Under the pieces are notes generated by a model. That model ran no database searches. It was not told where the DNA came from and saw only the letters and a program-made list of their open reading frames with translations. A DNA stretch of 64,000 bases from an uncultured Desulfosarcina sp. GTDB lineage: Bacteria > Desulfobacterota > Desulfobacteria > Desulfobacterales > Desulfosarcinaceae. The DNA lies in assembly GCA_963674945.2 (NCBI GenBank), contig CAXXWQ010000004.1, positions 1,088,001-1,152,000 on the forward strand, given 5' to 3'. The position numbers were made by a program, and so were the translations under genes. This document shows, piece after piece, positions 59,815 to 64,000 of the stretch; the first letter of the stretch is position 1; every line of letters starts with the position of its first letter.

Positions 59815-60903
59815 TCAAAAAGTGAAATCGATCATCAACGTGCCAAATGAATTATCGGTATCGGTCTTTTTCTGACCCGGCCTGGGAGGTGGCAGACTTT
59901 CTTCGACAAGAACATCGGAGGTTCTGATAATCGCGAGTCGCAAGGAAAACAAACCATAGTAATAGTAATTAAGACCCAACAAGCCTGAGAAAACAAAACT
60001 TTCTCGTCCAATGCTGCGATCATCGCCGGTAATAATGCTGCCGTCATATAGTACGGAATAGATAATACCTACCGAACGCCCCCCGATGACCAATTCGACG
60101 CCATGCCGGGATGCCGAGGCGGGCTTGGGAATGTGGGCAGCCTGAAAAATGCCGGCACCCGGCGGTGCCTGAAACGAGTTGAATCCTTCCTGCATGTTCC
60201 ACCCCAAACGAAATCCCATCCCCAACTCCATTGAGGTCATCAGATTTCCGAGAAGGGCGGTTGGTCCGATATAGACATGACCGGCCCAATCGCTGGTGTA
60301 CACACCGATCTTGGCAAGACGCCAGAGATGTTGATAGGCAAGATTGACGACCGGCTCGGAATCCCGCTGTGTATGCCACCCTTTTGGGTCTTCCCCCCAC
60401 CCCCATGCGTTGTGTAAGAACTTTTGAAGGTCACCTGCATAGGATTCTTCGCCCAGCACACCCACGGTAATCTGGAAATTTCTGGCGGTCAGGCGGTTAA
60501 AGCTCTGCCAGTTCAACGTGTAGGTCAATGTTCCCGCATATGGCAGGTCGCCTTCCGGTGGCTCAGGATTGGTGATGTCTTCAGGTGTGAGCATAAGTTG
60601 CCCGATTCCTTGACCGAACCGAACGATTGAATCCTGATCGCCGAGCGTTGGAAAGTGTTTTCCAATCCATTTGCAAGACGCTGGTGCCAATGTCTTTTCC
60701 CAATCGTCATAACAAATTGTATAGTATTGAATACTCCATCCATTGGTAAAATTGCTATCCCTGTTCCAGACGATATCGTTGTCTATTTCCAATCGAAGTG
60801 TGCCTTTGTTATATGGGCTGTCGAGATAGAAACTTGTATCGCCTGCGTTGCTATCAATCGGCAGGAGTAGTATAATCGTGAGAATTGTCAGGTAAGGTTT
60901 CAT
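59815..60903 (-). CDS. Lipid A 3'-O-deacylase LpxR-family outer-membrane beta-barrel
   Basis: Signal peptide; DND....D.NFTNG, GQ...TP.DI, D.PYAG, H...GW.TQ; terminal Phe. Confidence 0.82.
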   Translation of the reverse strand: MKPYLTILTIILLLPIDSNAGDTSFYLDSPYNKGTLRLEIDNDIVWNRDSNFTNGWSIQYYTICYDDWEKTLAPASCKWIGKHFPTLGDQDSIVRFGQGIGQLMLTPEDITNPEPPEGDLPYAGTLTYTLNWQSFNRLTARNFQITVGVLGEESYAGDLQKFLHNAWGWGEDPKGWHTQRDSEPVVNLAYQHLWRLAKIGVYTSDWAGHVYIGPTALLGNLMTSMELGMGFRLGWNMQEGFNSFQAPPGAGIFQAAHIPKPASASRHGVELVIGGRSVGIIYSVLYDGSIITGDDRSIGRESFVFSGLLGLNYYYYGLFSLRLAIIRTSDVLVEESLPPPRPGQKKTDTDNSFGTLMIDFTF

Positions 60904-61063
60904 AATTGATCGACGATATGACTTATTTATTCACTGATGATGTATTACAAGTAATCCGAAATGCTGTGAGACATCTCCGATTCAGGGGCTTTTTAAGCCT
61001 ATTGTAACAATAAAAGAAAAGTTATGCTATTGACACGGAAGTAAGATGGAAAAATTGTTTTTA

Positions 61064-61227
61064 AGTATGTTCAGAAATAAGAAAATCTGGTCGAAAACTC
61101 TCGTAATGGATCAGACGGGACCGGAAGGCCCACGAACCTATCGTTATTATTCTGAGGATAAAACATTTCGGGCAACAAAGATATCGGCCAAAGCCAAGAT
61201 TGGCTTGGCCATTTCTGGATGTACACT
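61064..61227. repeat. Family-1 hairpin element, diverged copy D
   Basis: AGTATGTTCAGAAATAAG ... GAGGATAAAA..TTTCG.GCAAC..AGATATCGG ... GGCCATTTCTGGATGTACACT. Confidence 0.75.
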
Positions 61228-61256
61228 GGTCTAAAAAACAACAAACGGAGAATAGT

Positions 61257-62081
61257 ATGGCCCTTCTTACGATTGACGAAACCAGGTGCAAAAAGGATGG
61301 AATCTGTGCGGCCGAGTGCCCCAGGCAGATTATCATTCAAGAAGATGAAACGAGTCTCCCCTATGTCACACCGGCCAATGAAGCAAAATGTATGGCCTGT
61401 GGACACTGCGTGGCCGTCTGTCCCCATGGCGCCTTGAGTGTAACCGGTGTCGCGGTGGAAGACTGCCCGGAGATAGAAAAAGACCTGGTCCTGTCCTGGA
61501 AACAGGCCAAGCAGTTCCTTCGCTCCCGGCGATCCATCCGATGTTTCAAGGACAAGGCCATGGACAGGGAAACCCTGGAACGATTGATCGGCGCAGCCCG
61601 CTATGCCCCCACGGCCAGCAACGCCCAGACCCTTCATTGGACCGTAATTGAGGGGCGAGACAAATTGGCGTCGCTATCCCGGGAAACCATCAACTGGATG
61701 GAACGGGTCATTACCGCCCAGCCCGACTCCGTGGCAGCCGACTACTTCCATCCTATCGTTGCCGGCTGGGCAACCGGCTACGACGGCGTTTTGCGCACCG
61801 CCCGGACGCTGATTGTTCCTTCTGCTCCCAAAGAGAATGCAAACGGCTTGGTGGATTTGAGTATTGCCTTGGCATATTTGGAACTGGCCGCCCTGCCCCT
61901 GGGTGTGGGCACCTGCTGGGCCGGATTGCTCCGGGGGGCGATGCTGGCCACCCCCGAACTGGTGGAATCCATGGGCCTGCCCAAGGGACACACCTGGTTC
62001 TACCCCATGATGATCGGGTACCCCAAATTCACGTATCATCGATTACCGGAGAGAAAGCCCCCGGTGATTCACTGGAAGTAG
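61257..62081 (+). CDS. Nitroreductase with N-terminal ferredoxin (4Fe-4S) domain
   Basis: CKKDGICAAECP, CMACGHCVAVCP, RRSIR.F, APTASN.Q, GTCW. Confidence 0.92.
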   Translation: MALLTIDETRCKKDGICAAECPRQIIIQEDETSLPYVTPANEAKCMACGHCVAVCPHGALSVTGVAVEDCPEIEKDLVLSWKQAKQFLRSRRSIRCFKDKAMDRETLERLIGAARYAPTASNAQTLHWTVIEGRDKLASLSRETINWMERVITAQPDSVAADYFHPIVAGWATGYDGVLRTARTLIVPSAPKENANGLVDLSIALAYLELAALPLGVGTCWAGLLRGAMLATPELVESMGLPKGHTWFYPMMIGYPKFTYHRLPERKPPVIHWK

Positions 62082-62093
62082 GAAAAAAACGTA

Positions 62094-62594
62094 TTACATG
62101 ATTGATTCATCACATGACCCATATGACGTTGCGTTGCCATATTCTATGGAGTTGAAACGTTTCCGTTTTTCACCTTGGGTTTTGAAATAGTGATCGAAGA
62201 CCATCCGCACCTCCTCGTCCGTGTACAAGCCAATATTTCTTACGGCTGCTTCCCGAACCGAGGCGTTTGGATCGTACAAACCACTGATCACCGCATTTTT
62301 TGCATCGCTGCAGCCCATCAAACTGAGGTTGACCAGTGCCCATCTTCGCACAAACGAAGAGTTCGACCAGAGAACTGCGTCGGAAAAGCGCTTTTGGGCT
62401 TCTTCGGCCCGATTTCTCAGCACTTCCAAAAGAACCTTACGAAACTTTTGACTGGTGGTCGTTACGGCCACCTCGCACAAAACATCCATGGCCAGCGGTT
62501 CATGAATAAATGAGATCAGGCAGCGTGCCGCCGCAATCTTCTCGCTGATCTCGTGGCATCCTATGATTTGGTTGATATATTGATGCAACTGCAT
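62094..62594 (-). CDS. HEAT-repeat protein
   Basis: GGAGGAG RBS before MQLHQY; S.SSFVRRWAL..L and L.DPNASVREAAV..IG repeats. Confidence 0.75.
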   Translation of the reverse strand: MQLHQYINQIIGCHEISEKIAAARCLISFIHEPLAMDVLCEVAVTTTSQKFRKVLLEVLRNRAEEAQKRFSDAVLWSNSSFVRRWALVNLSLMGCSDAKNAVISGLYDPNASVREAAVRNIGLYTDEEVRMVFDHYFKTQGEKRKRFNSIEYGNATSYGSCDESIM

Positions 62595-62684
62595 CAGACT
62601 CCTCCTGTAACAGCATCTTGGCGCCGGATCTTGGCCGTCGTAACGAATCCATTTCCCGAAACAACCAAAAGCTTGCAACCCACG

Positions 62685-62957
62685 TTATAAGTGAGTCGAC
62701 GACAAATGGAACGAAGCTGTCTCGATCGATCCAACGATCGGTCGTTTCAGATATGGCATTGCGATCCATGCATTGCTCATGCAAGTGCATATGCTGCCAT
62801 TTTCCCGGCAATGTTTGCAGACCACATCGCCACAGTTCATGCACTGGAATGCCCTGCCCTGTAAGGACGGTGCATCCAGGAAAACGGCGAGGCTTTGCTG
62901 GTCTCTTAAAAGCCGAATGGTGCGACCACAAATTATGCATTCATGCAAATCGACCAT
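62685..62957 (-). CDS. Small Cys-rich putative Zn-binding protein (90 aa)
   Basis: GAGG RBS; CIIC, CMNC, CKHC, CTC. Confidence 0.7.
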   Translation of the reverse strand: MVDLHECIICGRTIRLLRDQQSLAVFLDAPSLQGRAFQCMNCGDVVCKHCRENGSICTCMSNAWIAMPYLKRPIVGSIETASFHLSSTHL

Positions 62958-63115
62958 GGGTTTCCTCTTTGATCTTGTTCATCGGGCAATTGGATTGCGA
63001 ACATTATGCACTTTGTGCCTTGCCCGAAGGTAATGATAGCGAATCCATTTTGGCTCATTTTTTCAGTCACACTGCGGTTTTGGCAACGCGGTTCAAATTG
63101 ACGCCAACAATGAAA

Positions 63116-63132
63116 CGCATTTCATGTGCCAA
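63116..63132 (-). promoter_or_regulatory. Putative sigma54 (-24/-12) promoter
   Basis: Minus strand TTGGCACATGAAATGCG, i.e. GG-N10-GC, with an AT-rich upstream region. Confidence 0.6.
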
Positions 63133-63428
63133 AATACTTTTTACATTTATTTCAATTAGTTAAAAATATTTCTTCTATTCGTAGCGGGAGCACTTGGAAG
63201 GATATGCGTTGAAATAAAGCAAAATATACAGAAGAAGGAAGCAAAACTGCTCTAAAATAAAGCAGCAGGCAGGAAAGATAAACAATCAACAAGTTTGTGT
63301 TTTTTGTAAACAACGTCCCCGTTACGGCGTTGGAAAATGTTTCTAAAGCTTTTCGCATTTCGGACGATAAATTGATTCGCAAAGCTTTACCACCCATACA
63401 TACAACACACAATACAGGAGGATAGTTT

Positions 63429-64000
63429 ATGTTCGCAGCCAACGCTCAATCGCATCGCCAGACCCTTCGCCCGAAACCGTTTGCCAGGCTAACCACCATT
63501 GCAGCCGTCCTTGTACTGGCCATGGGATTATTTGCCTGTGGCGGCAGTGATTCTACTTCGACCCCCACGAGCACCACACCAATCACCACTTACAATTACA
63601 AGGAAGTTTTCACCGACAGTATACGGGAACTGACCCCCAATGTTGGAACATCGGCCGTAACCGATTGGGATGGCTGGAGCGCCTGCCACCCCGATGACAT
63701 CCACCGATATTCTATTCTCAACAAACTCTTCAACATCGATAACGGCGTGGAGAGCATCTTCGGTCCGGTGGCGTCCGTTGAAAACATTCTGGACATTCTC
63801 GAAAACTATGAAGAACTATCCGAAAACGGCACCCATGAGATCGGCGACGGTGGCGTGACCTATACCGCCGTGGTCTCCGACTATTCCGGTGATTTCACCG
63901 TGCCGTACTTCGAAGACACCCAGACGGGACTGTCCAAGCAGGTGGTCATCACCTCATCGGACGACAGTTTCAGCACCATGGTCGCCTATGACATGGAGGG
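63429..64000 (+). CDS. Putative lipoprotein, truncated at the right edge
   Basis: Not in the ORF track; AGGAGG RBS, MFAANAQ...VLAMGLFA-C-GGSDSTSTPTSTT (lipobox plus S/T linker), open to the window end. Confidence 0.85.
   Translation, partial: MFAANAQSHRQTLRPKPFARLTTIAAVLVLAMGLFACGGSDSTSTPTSTTPITTYNYKEVFTDSIRELTPNVGTSAVTDWDGWSACHPDDIHRYSILNKLFNIDNGVESIFGPVASVENILDILENYEELSENGTHEIGDGGVTYTAVVSDYSGDFTVPYFEDTQTGLSKQVVITSSDDSFSTMVAYDME

Overview
Mostly core chromosome of a GC-rich anaerobic deltaproteobacterium, probably Desulfobacterales and Desulfosarcina-like (inferred from the split F0 atp operon, IorAB and a Desulfovibrio-type metal-LID adenylate kinase). Left to right: a sucrose-metabolism operon (fructokinase, fused sucrose-phosphate synthase/phosphatase, sucrose phosphorylase cut by the left edge), acylphosphatase, iorAB, aspartase/fumarase, SlyD, SuhB, a dnaA not linked to dnaN and divergent from uvrA, atpZIBE, pyrK-pgeF-comF-icd-rlmB-gmk-remA-yicC, a lipid A/LPS-core cluster (hldE, gmhA, msbA, glycosyltransferases, waaL, waaC, waaF, lpxL), purQ/purL, the rpsB-tsf-pyrH-frr-uppS-cdsA-dxr-rseP block, prmC-prfA-rpmE-rho, a tRNA nucleotidyltransferase, adk, rpsU, folC and tRNA-Arg(CCG). 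An AT-richer accessory stretch follows (SdpI-like, LpxR-like, nitroreductase, a sigma54-led Cys-rich plus HEAT pair, a lipoprotein). No transposase, integrase, CRISPR array or rRNA was seen. The strongest unexplained signal is non-coding: two related families of 125-165 bp hairpin elements with terminal inverted repeats (8 copies or remnants). Several abut stop codons, and the two families share conserved internal motifs while their stems differ in sequence. Other leads: the sucrose cycle, a DnaA with a divergent recognition helix beside non-canonical boxes, a DHS-fold unknown upstream of the heptose genes, and a loop-less (CC-adding type) tRNA nucleotidyltransferase. All calls come from reading motifs by eye; no database search was run.
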